From an uncultured Alphaproteobacteria bacterium (GTDB lineage Bacteria > Pseudomonadota > Alphaproteobacteria > UBA11222): a stretch of DNA of 64,000 bases. The position numbers were made by a program, and so were the translations under genes. Location of the stretch: assembly GCA_947085465.1 (NCBI GenBank), contig CAMTWQ010000014.1, positions 3,904 to 67,903 of the forward strand, read 5' to 3'. A model generated the notes under the pieces. The model had not been told where the DNA came from. It was given only the letters and a program-made list of their open reading frames with translations, and ran no database searches. Below are positions 17,979 through 27,135 of the stretch, one piece after another. The first letter of the stretch is position 1. Each line of letters starts with the position of its first letter.

Positions 17979-18816
17979 CATTAAAGAGCCAAAGCGCAGG
18001 CATGTGAAACTGGCTCAGCGCGATAGCGCTGTGCGCCGGGTGGCGGCAATGGTTCTGCGATATGGCTATCTCATTCAGGGCTCGATCCCGCGCGTGCTTG
18101 ATCTGTGGTATTGGCCAACATTGCAAATGGTGATGTGGGGTTTCATCACTACTTTTCTCACGCAAAACAGCAGTTTTTTTGCGCAGGCGTTCGGTGTGCT
18201 GCTGGGGGCTGTCATGCTGTGGGACGTCATGTTTCGCGGCCAGATGGGATTTGCGCTGTCGTTCTTTGAGGAAATATGGTCACGCAATCTGGGGCATTTG
18301 CTGGTCACCCCGCTGCGGCCGCGAGAATTTATTTATGCGCTGCTGACCATGAGCGTTATCCGCACGGCGTTCGGAATTTTCCCGTCCACCTTGCTGGCGA
18401 TCTGGTTCTTTGGCTTCAACGTGTATGGTTTGGGCCTGATGCTTGTAGCGTTTTTCGTGTGTTTGATCATGGCTGGCTGGTCGATGGGATTACTGGTGTC
18501 CGGCATGGTGTTGCGATGGGGGATGGGGGCGGAAAGCCTTGCCTGGGCGCTGATCTTTGGCCTGGCGCCGCTGTGCGCGGTGTATTATCCGGTCTCCAGT
18601 TTGCCGGTATGGGTGCAGTTCATTTCCTGGTCGCTGCCGCCATCTTATGTGTTCGAGGGCATGCGCGCGGTGATGATCGATCATGTGCTGCGGCTTGATC
18701 TGCTCGCCGCCGCATTTGGCCTGAATATCATTTACTTCTCCGCTGCAAGCTGGTGGTTTCTGAATTGCCTGAAGGAAGCGCGCCGGGAGGGGCGGCTGTT
18801 GCAGGTCGGCGAATAG
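17968..18816 (+). CDS. ABC-2 type transporter permease
   Basis: Six predicted TM helices. The ATG at 17968 overlaps the ATPase gene by 11 nt; the track ORF starts earlier, at 17836. Confidence 0.75.
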   Translation: MSIDIKEPKRRHVKLAQRDSAVRRVAAMVLRYGYLIQGSIPRVLDLWYWPTLQMVMWGFITTFLTQNSSFFAQAFGVLLGAVMLWDVMFRGQMGFALSFFEEIWSRNLGHLLVTPLRPREFIYALLTMSVIRTAFGIFPSTLLAIWFFGFNVYGLGLMLVAFFVCLIMAGWSMGLLVSGMVLRWGMGAESLAWALIFGLAPLCAVYYPVSSLPVWVQFISWSLPPSYVFEGMRAVMIDHVLRLDLLAAAFGLNIIYFSAASWWFLNCLKEARREGRLLQVGE

Positions 18817-18818
18817 GG

Positions 18819-18883
18819 CTAGAGCATGTTCCGATCAGATTGAATCGCCGACGGCAATTCAATCTGATCGGAACATGCTCTAG
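18819..18883. repeat. hairpin repeat unit G
   Basis: CTAGAGCATGTTCCGATCAGATTGAAT, a loop, then ATTCAATCTGATCGGAACATGCTCTAG: a perfect 27-bp stem. The right-hand TAG is the stop codon of the TadE-like gene. Confidence 0.9.
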
Positions 18884-19443
18884 CCAGGCGTACGTGTAAC
18901 CGATATTGAACGGCGCGGGGCGAGGAAAAACCTGTCATTCAGCATCACCGCACCGGTGATCAGCTCGCCTAAATCCGAGTGATATTCGTATCGGACTTCA
19001 GCAACGATTACGCTTTGATTGGGTCCCACAAGCCCAAGGGGAAGGGTGTATGCCGTACCCGGAGCATATGGCGTTCCGTTGCGCGCATCGCTCCAGGCAA
19101 CCCGCGTCACGCCTCCGGCGTCTGCGGTGACACTGGCGATAACGATTGAAACAAATGCCGGGTTGAATGGTTGCATTATCGCATCTGCCGCAAAAAATAT
19201 ATTCGCCATGTCCCCGTCATTGATCGTGATAGCCTGCGCCACCAGATCCGCCGCCGCACTGGCGATGTTGGCGGTTTTGCGGTCCGCTATGAGAATATTA
19301 GCGATCTCAACCGAGCCAAATAAAAGTGTAAGCATCACCGGCAAAATCAATGCGAATTCGACCGCCGACACCCCGGCAGCGTTGTGTAGAAACTGGCGCA
19401 GAGACGCCCGGATTTTCATTTGATCAAAAATACTGCGCCACAT
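18880..19443 (-). CDS. TadE/TadF-like pilus assembly (pseudopilin) protein
   Basis: AAGVSAVEFALILPVMLTLLFGSVEI is the TadE N-terminal motif. The start is uncertain: ATG 19443, TTG 19461 or ATG 19419. Confidence 0.75.
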   Translation of the reverse strand: MWRSIFDQMKIRASLRQFLHNAAGVSAVEFALILPVMLTLLFGSVEIANILIADRKTANIASAAADLVAQAITINDGDMANIFFAADAIMQPFNPAFVSIVIASVTADAGGVTRVAWSDARNGTPYAPGTAYTLPLGLVGPNQSVIVAEVRYEYHSDLGELITGAVMLNDRFFLAPRRSISVTRTPG

Positions 19444-19457
19444 TCCAGCTATCCCGT

Positions 19458-20045
19458 TCAAGGAGCTGGCGCCGCCAGCGCGCCATACGGTTCATTCCGG
19501 AAAGCCGTCGTCGACATCAACAAACGTGACCCGGTGCTTCCGATATTGCCGAGTATATACTTCAGCCCCGGCGTGTAGACTGGCCAGATGTAGTAAGCCC
19601 GGACCAGCACCACATCGCCGGCGCTTCCCACGTTAAAATCCCCAGGCAGCGGATTGCCATCCTCATCAACCGGGGGTGTTAAATCAAGCCCCGCAAACGA
19701 CGGGTAAGCATCAACATCCACATAAAGATTGGCGCCGCAATTCAATAGCGTGAAGCTTTCCGCGCATAGTGTGTCGCGGAATAAGACCGCATCAGCGGTT
19801 TGCCCAGTGCGAACCAGGCGCGCCGCTTGCTGCATGCCGTTGTCCAGCGCGATCGAGCCAAGATAAATCATTGACACTTCAAGCAGCGAGAACAATGTCA
19901 GAAAAAATGGCGTTGCAACCAGTGCGAACTCAACCGCCACAGTGCCGCGAGTATCCACAGAAAATCGCCGCGCCGCGCGCGCCATGCCCGTTGCCATAAT
20001 AACAAGGCGCAAAACGGCGCGCAGATTTGTGGGCCACCTGGGCAT
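19458..20045 (-). CDS. TadE-like pilus assembly protein
   Basis: RGTVAVEFALVATPFFLTLFSLLEV motif. The ATG at 20045 has GGAGG 8 nt upstream; the track ORF starts at 20060. Confidence 0.75.
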   Translation of the reverse strand: MPRWPTNLRAVLRLVIMATGMARAARRFSVDTRGTVAVEFALVATPFFLTLFSLLEVSMIYLGSIALDNGMQQAARLVRTGQTADAVLFRDTLCAESFTLLNCGANLYVDVDAYPSFAGLDLTPPVDEDGNPLPGDFNVGSAGDVVLVRAYYIWPVYTPGLKYILGNIGSTGSRLLMSTTAFRNEPYGALAAPAP

Positions 20046-20402
20046 CTCGGCTACCTCCATCGTTACCCCGGCATGCGGGATATGTTGCGAGCATCATCTG
20101 TATACTTAGATAGATAATTATGCCATGTGCTTATAAAGTTATAAATGTTGGCTTTAAGGTAAACAAAGCCTCAATAAATAATGATATAACTTCCAATAGC
20201 TCGTCGCCTCTATGAATTAAGGAACAATTCTGCGTTTTCCAGTGTAACGCCGGAATTAATAATCAAGGCAGTGACTGTGAACACAGATTTTACCCGGAAT
20301 AGTTCCCATATGGCCGCTTGAGTGGCAGGATTACAGTGGAAGTCCGCACAGCATCCGGCTCCGTCCAGGCTAAATTAGCGGAGCATGTAACAAAAGGAAA
20401 CC

Positions 20403-21896
20403 ATGATGGCCGATAAAGCAATATGTGGATCGGGCGCCAGTTTCATCACCGACCGGCGAGGCAATGTCGCCATTATTTTTGCGCTTACACTCATGGCGAT
20501 CATGGGCGCTACCGGCGCGGCGGTGGATTTTAGCCGCGCCATGCAGGTCCGCTCGCGGCTGTCCGCTGCGCTTGACGCTGCGGGCTTGGCGGCGGGCAAG
20601 AATATTGATGCGACGCCCGAAGCGATTACCGAGATTGCTAATGCGTACTTCGCCGCGAATTATCCCGCAGATGAATTGGGCGTTCCTGGCGCACTTGTCG
20701 TTGGCATTTCTGAGCGGTTCGTGACGCTCTCGGCCACTGCTGAGGTGGATACGACCATCATGAATATTTTTGGCTATGAAGCAATGACCGTGAACGCGAG
20801 CACGGAAATCAGCCGCGAGATCACCGGGCTTGAAATCGTTCTTGCACTGGACAATACGGGATCGATGGCGGGTACTAAACTCGAGAACCTAAAAACGGCG
20901 TCGCAGACCCTGATCAACATTCTGTTCGGTACAGAGACGTTACCGGCAAATCTGAAAATGGGGCTGGTGCCGTTTGCCGCAGGCGTCAATGTAGGCACTG
21001 GTTTCGACACGGCATGGCTTGATATGGCTGCCCAGTCAAGCATTCACAGGGAGAACTTCAACGCCAGCACTAATCTTTGGACGTTGTACGCCACGATGCC
21101 CAACCGGGATTGGAATGGCTGCGTTCAAACCCGGCCGGAACCGCTGGATGAGCTTGATACCGAGCCGTCCTTGGCCGACCCGAATACCTTGTTTGTCCCC
21201 TGGTTTGCACCGGATGAGCCAAACGGCAGCGGTATTCCCAGCTATCCGAACAGCTATTTTTCCGATGGGGTAACCGGATCTGTCGACGTGCGCCAGCGCG
21301 CCACGGGTAAATATACTGGCACTGTGAGTTCAACCACCAGAGGACCGCATCGCGGCTGTATGGGAACACTGCCGATCACGCCGCTGACCAATGACAGGGC
21401 GTTACTGGAGAGCCAGATACTGGCGATGACGGCTGCGGACGTGACGCATATTCCTATCGGCCTCAGCTGGGGCTGGCATGTGGTCTCGCCTGGCGCACCC
21501 TTCACCGAAGGTAAGCCGTACGATGACGAGAAAAATATCAAGGCCCTGGTCTTGATGACCGACGGTGAGAACACCATCAGCGGAAATAGCACCCATAATA
21601 GGTCCACGTACACTGCTTATGGCTATCTTTCGCGGGCCCGGCTGGGCACCACCAGCGCCACGACGGCCGTAACGAGACTGGACGAAAAAACCCGGCGTGT
21701 CTGCGAAAACATTAAAGCAATGAACATCCGCCTTTACACGATCGCTTTCCAGGTTACGGACCCAGGAACCCTGGATATGTTACGCGACTGCGCAAGCACG
21801 GAGGGAATGTTCTTTGGCACTTCCGATGCGGCGGCGCTGGACGAAGCTTTCACCACCATCGCCATCGAACTTAGTAACTTACGCATCAGCAGGTAA
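20403..21896 (+). CDS. TadG-like pilus assembly protein with von Willebrand factor A domain
   Basis: N-terminal DRRGNVAIIFALTLMAIMGATGAAVDFSRA (TadE/G-like) and a VWA MIDAS block, LEIVLALDNTGSMAG. Confidence 0.8.
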   Translation: MMADKAICGSGASFITDRRGNVAIIFALTLMAIMGATGAAVDFSRAMQVRSRLSAALDAAGLAAGKNIDATPEAITEIANAYFAANYPADELGVPGALVVGISERFVTLSATAEVDTTIMNIFGYEAMTVNASTEISREITGLEIVLALDNTGSMAGTKLENLKTASQTLINILFGTETLPANLKMGLVPFAAGVNVGTGFDTAWLDMAAQSSIHRENFNASTNLWTLYATMPNRDWNGCVQTRPEPLDELDTEPSLADPNTLFVPWFAPDEPNGSGIPSYPNSYFSDGVTGSVDVRQRATGKYTGTVSSTTRGPHRGCMGTLPITPLTNDRALLESQILAMTAADVTHIPIGLSWGWHVVSPGAPFTEGKPYDDEKNIKALVLMTDGENTISGNSTHNRSTYTAYGYLSRARLGTTSATTAVTRLDEKTRRVCENIKAMNIRLYTIAFQVTDPGTLDMLRDCASTEGMFFGTSDAAALDEAFTTIAIELSNLRISR

Positions 21897-21946
21897 TTTG
21901 GCGCGCATCCAAACTACTGCGGAATAAGTTTAGATAGAGTAGCCTC

Positions 21947-22118
21947 AGAGCGGTATGATTTTAGGTTTGCCCATACCACTACCCCGGTCTGTCACCCCGG
22001 ATTTATTCCGGGGTCCAGGAGTAACAAGCATAAGCTTTTATTTGCAACCCTGGACCCCGCAACGAGTGCGGGGTGACATTGTGGGTTGGGCGATTCAACC
22101 TAAAATCATCGCCCTCTA
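21947..22118. repeat. complex nested inverted repeat, family H
   Basis: The outer arms share GATGATTTTAGGTT / AACCTAAAATCATC within AGAGCGG...CCCTCT termini. Inside are the inverted pairs GTCACCCCGG/GCGGGGTGAC and GGGGTCCAGG/CCTGGACCCC. The terminal CTA is the stop (TAG) of the minus-strand gene. Confidence 0.85.
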
Positions 22119-22796
22119 ATGGGTAACGGTCGCTTCTTCGCCGGTGACGCCGCCACAGGCGGCAAGCTGAGCCGTTAATATCGCAACCCGCGCCGCGCGC
22201 CGTTTTTTATCCGCATCGGTTTTGCACAGTTCATTCAGGATCGTATCACCCCAGGCAATGTGTTTTTTGGTTTTGCGGATAATGCCTTCCAGCAATTCGA
22301 TGGTTGGCGCGTCGCAAATCTGATCGGTCTCTGAATTGAACTTTTCATAGACTTTTACAAGATGCGGTTTGAGAACATCAAACACGCCAGCCAGTTTTTC
22401 AATGGTCTGGTCTGGCTGTTCGGGTGCGGCAATTTCCTGAATAAAACTGGCAAAGCCCTGATTGCCGGCCTGGGATCCTTTCTGCCCGACCTTGGTGCCG
22501 CAACGCAATTCCGGCAGGCGCTTGCCCAGTTCATCCGCCGCCACCGCACCGTCCCAAATGATCTTGCCAAGCCCGGTTTTGACCGGCAGTTCGGGAACCG
22601 TCGCCACCCAGCCCCCCAAGATCATCATCGTCCATTCTTCGGCATAGCGCCAGTTACGCACCCGCAGCGCTACCGATTCGACATCAAAGTGGCCATGCAG
22701 TTGACGCAGGTCGGCGGGAATATCGAATGCGGAATAGGGTGCAAAGGTCGTGCGCTCATCCCGGCTGTCACCAGGATACATGCGTATTTCAGCCAT
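22116..22796 (-). CDS. hypothetical protein, partner of the ferritin-like protein
   Basis: 226-aa ORF with no motif I can name. It lies 11 nt downstream of the ferritin-like gene, with GGAGAA before its ATG. Confidence 0.6.
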   Translation of the reverse strand: MAEIRMYPGDSRDERTTFAPYSAFDIPADLRQLHGHFDVESVALRVRNWRYAEEWTMMILGGWVATVPELPVKTGLGKIIWDGAVAADELGKRLPELRCGTKVGQKGSQAGNQGFASFIQEIAAPEQPDQTIEKLAGVFDVLKPHLVKVYEKFNSETDQICDAPTIELLEGIIRKTKKHIAWGDTILNELCKTDADKKRRAARVAILTAQLAACGGVTGEEATVTH

Positions 22797-22807
22797 GATG
22801 CTTCTCC

Positions 22808-23773
22808 CTATTCGGCGGCGTTCTGGCTGGCGGAGGCCTGCGCCCTGCGGGCCTTATGGCGTTCCTTCAGGATAGCAACGGCCTTATTCAGCGTATCCTT
22901 GCTCGGGCCGCCTGCGCTCAGAGTGGCTATTTCATCGATCTCTGCCTGGGTAAAGCCCGCGTCCAGACGATCCTGCACGGCAAGTTGAATAGCCGCATCC
23001 GAACGGGCGCTGCGCGCGCCGCCAAAACTGAAACGGCGATCTACTTCACGGCGGAAATCCTGAGTGCGTTTAAGATATTCGGGATCGGCCTTGGTGAATT
23101 CCTTCACCCATTCACTGCCAAAGCGCACATGGGTAATTTCATCGGCCAGCACGAAATCCATCGCCTGTTTCATGGTTTCGTCGCCCGAGGCTTCACCGTA
23201 GCGGATCATGTCACGAAACACATCGCAGGCCAGTCCTTCCAGGCCGCGATTAACACCTGCAACCCGCATGGCCGGATCTTCCGAGCAGGCCGCTTCGAAC
23301 AGGAACGTGCTTTCAGGATATTGGCCAATCTCACCGCCAACATGTTGCAGCAGCTTCTCCTGAATTTGCACATGGCGGGCTTCGTCCCACGCTTGGCGGG
23401 CCATATTCATTTTGAATTCCCAGGGAGCTTCGGGGAAATCCCACAACGAGCGCGCAGCGCCCTCCAGCGCCTGTAATTCACCCACCAATATCCCATGCAC
23501 CCGCAACCGCAGCCGTTCCATTAGTTTGGGGTCATCCGCACGGATCGGCTCATTCAGAACCACAAGCTGATAGGCCGGGCCATATTCTTCATAGAGCGGT
23601 TCGGCCGCCGTTCCACGGGTCGCCGCTTCGATCAATGGATCGAACTTCTCAAACACATCGACCACCGTGTTCACATCATCAGGCAACTGAGACATCAGAT
23701 TGTTGGCGGCGCTGTTTTGTCTAATAAACCGGCTATCGCGCGCCAGTTCATCGAAGTGAATGAAGCGTTTCAT
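22808..23773 (-). CDS. ferritin-like diiron-carboxylate protein (DUF455-like)
   Basis: Four-helix diiron ligand pattern: GELQALEG ... WDEARHVQ ... LEGLACDVF ... LADEITHVRFG, that is E, ExxH, E, ExxH. Confidence 0.65.
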   Translation of the reverse strand: MKRFIHFDELARDSRFIRQNSAANNLMSQLPDDVNTVVDVFEKFDPLIEAATRGTAAEPLYEEYGPAYQLVVLNEPIRADDPKLMERLRLRVHGILVGELQALEGAARSLWDFPEAPWEFKMNMARQAWDEARHVQIQEKLLQHVGGEIGQYPESTFLFEAACSEDPAMRVAGVNRGLEGLACDVFRDMIRYGEASGDETMKQAMDFVLADEITHVRFGSEWVKEFTKADPEYLKRTQDFRREVDRRFSFGGARSARSDAAIQLAVQDRLDAGFTQAEIDEIATLSAGGPSKDTLNKAVAILKERHKARRAQASASQNAAE

Positions 23774-23908
23774 GGATGTGTTCCTATTTTGGGCCGGGCC
23801 AGTCCAAGAAGCGGTGGCGCCGGTTCGCCATAATATAATACAGAATCATTAGTAAACCAACCCCGAACATACTGGATTTAGGGGGGCCTGAGGCCCTATA
23901 ACCCCCTT

Positions 23909-24772
23909 ATGACTGGCGTTTCTTTCATCAAAATGCACGGGCTGGGCAACGATTTCGTAATCATCGACCTGCGCGCCCAGGCCCTCGGCCTCAGCCCGGA
24001 GCTAATCCGGGCGCTAACAGACCGGCGGCGGGGGGTGGGCGGCGACATGCTGATCACCCTGAATGCGCCGCGTAGCGCCAGCGCGGGATTGTTCATGGGC
24101 ATCTATAATGCTGACGGCGGCGAAGTTGACGCCTGTGGCAACGCTAATCGCTGCGTTGCCCGGTTGATGATGGAAGAAACCTGCAAGCGCCACGCGGTGA
24201 TTGAAACCAATGCCGGGCTGCTAAATTGCTGGGCGGTGGATGCTGGCATGATTACCGTTGACATGGGCGCGCCAAAGTTCGAGTGGCAGGACATTCCGCT
24301 GGAAGAGCGCATGGACACGCGCGGCATCGATATCAAAATCGGCCCGCTCGACAATCCGGTGCTGGCGTTTCCAAGCGCTGTAAATGTCGGCAATCCGCAT
24401 TGCATTTTCTTTGTGGAGCATGTGTCGGCCCATGATCCCGAGCGGATCGGGCCGATGGTCGAAAATCATTTGATGTTTCCACAGCGCACGAATGTGAGCT
24501 TTGCGCAAATCCGCGCCCGCAACGATATCCGCCTGCGGGTGTGGGAGCGCGGCGTGGGAGTAACCCAGGCATGTGGCACGGCGGCGTGTGCGGTGGTGGC
24601 CGCCGCCGCGCGCAAGGGCAAAAACCTGGCTGATCGCAAAGTGCGGGTTGAACTTGACGGCGGTATGCTTGATATAGAATGGCGCGAGAGCGACAATCAT
24701 CTTTATATGACCGGACCCGCTACGCATAGTTTTAGCGGCACGCTGGCGCCAGAACTTCTGGCGAACATATGA
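23909..24772 (+). CDS. dapF: diaminopimelate epimerase
   Basis: FIKMHGLGNDFVIID start, and the two catalytic Cys contexts GNANRC and TQACGT. Confidence 0.9.
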   Translation: MTGVSFIKMHGLGNDFVIIDLRAQALGLSPELIRALTDRRRGVGGDMLITLNAPRSASAGLFMGIYNADGGEVDACGNANRCVARLMMEETCKRHAVIETNAGLLNCWAVDAGMITVDMGAPKFEWQDIPLEERMDTRGIDIKIGPLDNPVLAFPSAVNVGNPHCIFFVEHVSAHDPERIGPMVENHLMFPQRTNVSFAQIRARNDIRLRVWERGVGVTQACGTAACAVVAAAARKGKNLADRKVRVELDGGMLDIEWRESDNHLYMTGPATHSFSGTLAPELLANI

Positions 24773-26046
24773 GCGACCCGCAAGTCATCAATTTCGGCTG
24801 TCGCCTCAATCAATATGAGGCAGAGGTGATGCGCGCCCGGGCGATCGAATCGGGGCTAAAGAACGCCATCATTATCAATAGCTGCGCGGTAACGGCGGAA
24901 GCCACGCGGCAGGCGCGCCAGGCTGTGCGCAAAGCGCGCCGCGATAACGCGAATGCGCGCATTATAGTCACCGGCTGCGCCGCGCAAATAGAACCGCAAC
25001 GTTTTGCGGATATGCCAGAGGTGGATCTGGTGCTTGGCAATATAGAAAAACTGACGGCGGCAAGTTACGCCACCAGTTTTTTGCGCAACGATTTCGGTAT
25101 TGGCGATAGCGAGCGGGTGCGCGTCAACGATATCATGTCGGTGCGTGAAACGGCTGGGCATTTGATTGAAGGTCTTGAGGGGCGGACGCGCGCCTTTGTG
25201 CAAATTCAAAACGGTTGCGACCACCGCTGCACCTTCTGCGTTATCCCTTATGGACGCGGCAATTCACGCAGTGTCCCCGCAGGTGAAGTCGTGGAACAGG
25301 TGCGCCGCCTGGTTGCCAATGGCTACCGCGAAGAAGTGCTGACCGGGGTGGACATTACCTCTTATGGCGGCGATCTGCCGGGACGCGCAACGCTTGGACA
25401 TTTGGTGCGGCAAATTCTCAAACTCGCGCCTGATCTGGCGCGGTTGCGGCTTTCCTCGCTGGATGTGATTGAATTGGATGAGGAGTTGTTCGAGGCGATA
25501 GCAAGCGAAAACCGGCTGATGCCGCATCTGCACCTGTCCTTGCAGTCGGGCGATGATATGATTTTGAAGCGGATGAAGCGGCGGCATTCGCGCGCCGGCG
25601 CGATTGAATTGTGCGCGCGAATTCGCGCTGTGCGCCCGGACATGGTGTTTGGCGCGGATCTGATTGCAGGCTTTCCCACCGAAACCGATGCGATGTTCGA
25701 AAACAGCATGAGTCTGATTGAGCAATGCGGCCTGAGCTATGTGCATGTGTTTCCTTATTCTCCACGCACCGGAACACCGGCGGCGCTGATGCCGCAAGTA
25801 CCTGGCGCTATTCGTAAATTTCGCGCGGCGCAATTGCGCGCTGCTGGCGCAATCATGCATCAGGCGCATTTTCAGCGGCTGCTTGGCAAGCGCGTTGAGC
25901 TGTTAATGGAAACAGATGTGCGCGGGCGTACGCCATGCTATGCCGAAGCAGTGCTTGATACTCCGTGTACTGCGGGTAAATTGCAAATGGCGGAATTCAC
26001 CGGAATTAGCGGCGGGCGTCTTACCGCCTCGATGGCGGCCCACTGA
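24769..26046 (+). CDS. mtaB: tRNA (N6-threonylcarbamoyladenosine) methylthiotransferase, MiaB-like MtaB
   Basis: NFGCRLNQYE UPF0004 domain and radical-SAM CDHRCTFC. The dapF-mtaB-ftsY order also supports it. Confidence 0.8.
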   Translation: MSDPQVINFGCRLNQYEAEVMRARAIESGLKNAIIINSCAVTAEATRQARQAVRKARRDNANARIIVTGCAAQIEPQRFADMPEVDLVLGNIEKLTAASYATSFLRNDFGIGDSERVRVNDIMSVRETAGHLIEGLEGRTRAFVQIQNGCDHRCTFCVIPYGRGNSRSVPAGEVVEQVRRLVANGYREEVLTGVDITSYGGDLPGRATLGHLVRQILKLAPDLARLRLSSLDVIELDEELFEAIASENRLMPHLHLSLQSGDDMILKRMKRRHSRAGAIELCARIRAVRPDMVFGADLIAGFPTETDAMFENSMSLIEQCGLSYVHVFPYSPRTGTPAALMPQVPGAIRKFRAAQLRAAGAIMHQAHFQRLLGKRVELLMETDVRGRTPCYAEAVLDTPCTAGKLQMAEFTGISGGRLTASMAAH

Positions 26047-27074
26047 TGCGCTTGCCCTGGGGCCGCAAAAAGGGCGGCGATGCACCTTCTGAAAATGCGC
26101 CTCTAGCTGAAGCAGATAATGAGCTGATCCAACAGCTACCGGAAAAGCAGGGCTGGTTTAAACGCCTACGCCAAGGATTAAGCCGTTCCGCAACGGCCAT
26201 ATCAGATGGCGTCGGGGGTATTTTCACCAAGGCGAAACTCGATGCAGAGACGCTGGAGGGACTTGAAGAATTACTTATCCAGGCCGATCTCGGCCTGGAT
26301 GTGGCGATGGAAATAACTGGCGCGCTGGCTAGAGACCGGCTGAATAAAGATATTTCATCGCAAGAGGTGCGCGAATTTCTGGCAGAACGAATTGCGGATA
26401 TTTTACGCCCCGTAGCGCGGGCGCTTGCTGTAGACACAGACAATAAGCCATTCGTGGCGCTGGTTGTAGGCGTCAACGGAACTGGCAAAACCACAACCAT
26501 CGGCAAGCTGGCGCATCTGCTGGCTGGAGAAGGCCACAAAGTCATGCTTGCCGCAGGCGATACGTTTCGCGCCGCAGCCATCGAGCAACTGCAAATCTGG
26601 GGTGAGCGCGCAGGGGCAAAGGTCATCGCAGGCAATCAGGGCGCCGATGCGGCGGGGCTTGTTTATGAAGCATTGACACGCGCCCGTTCAGAACACATGG
26701 ATGTGCTGCTGATCGACACTGCTGGGCGGCTGCAAAATAAAACCGGCTTGATGGAGGAATTACGCAAGATCAACCGGGTGCTGGCGAAGCTCGACGAAAC
26801 AGCGCCGCATGCGGTGCTGCTGGTGCTGGACGCCACTACCGGGCAAAACGCCATTTCACAGGTGGAAGTATTCACTGACGTCGCCAAGGTCAGCGGCCTG
26901 ATTATGACCAAGCTGGATGGCACGGCGCGCGGCGGCATTCTGGTGGCCGTAGCGCGCAAATTTGGATTGCCGGTGCATGCTATTGGCGTTGGCGAGGGCA
27001 TTGATGACTTGCGCCCCTTCGATGCGGAGCAATTTGCCCGCGCATTAACCGGCGCCGCAGAACCAGTACGCTAA
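26046..27074 (+). CDS. ftsY: signal recognition particle receptor FtsY
   Basis: GVNGTGKTTTIGKLA, DTAGRL and TKLDGTARGG SRP-GTPase motifs. Confidence 0.92.
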   Translation: MRLPWGRKKGGDAPSENAPLAEADNELIQQLPEKQGWFKRLRQGLSRSATAISDGVGGIFTKAKLDAETLEGLEELLIQADLGLDVAMEITGALARDRLNKDISSQEVREFLAERIADILRPVARALAVDTDNKPFVALVVGVNGTGKTTTIGKLAHLLAGEGHKVMLAAGDTFRAAAIEQLQIWGERAGAKVIAGNQGADAAGLVYEALTRARSEHMDVLLIDTAGRLQNKTGLMEELRKINRVLAKLDETAPHAVLLVLDATTGQNAISQVEVFTDVAKVSGLIMTKLDGTARGGILVAVARKFGLPVHAIGVGEGIDDLRPFDAEQFARALTGAAEPVR

Positions 27075-27135
27075 ACCACCGGATGGTGTGACAGGCGAAC
27101 TAGGATATTTTCATATCATAAGGTATGCTGTCGCC

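Noticed and set aside
17187-18816. The ABC ATPase plus permease as the missing CcmA/CcmB heme exporter.
   Set aside because: The permease is an ABC-2-type protein of about 280 aa rather than the CcmB pattern of about 220 aa. The pair is 8 kb away on the opposite strand and is not linked to the ccm genes.
20061-20402. Hidden Flp-type prepilin gene or other small ORF in the AT-rich region between the Tad genes.
   Set aside because: Hand translation of the short ATG-initiated frames gave no peptide with the Flp G/XXXXEY motif or a hydrophobic pilin core.
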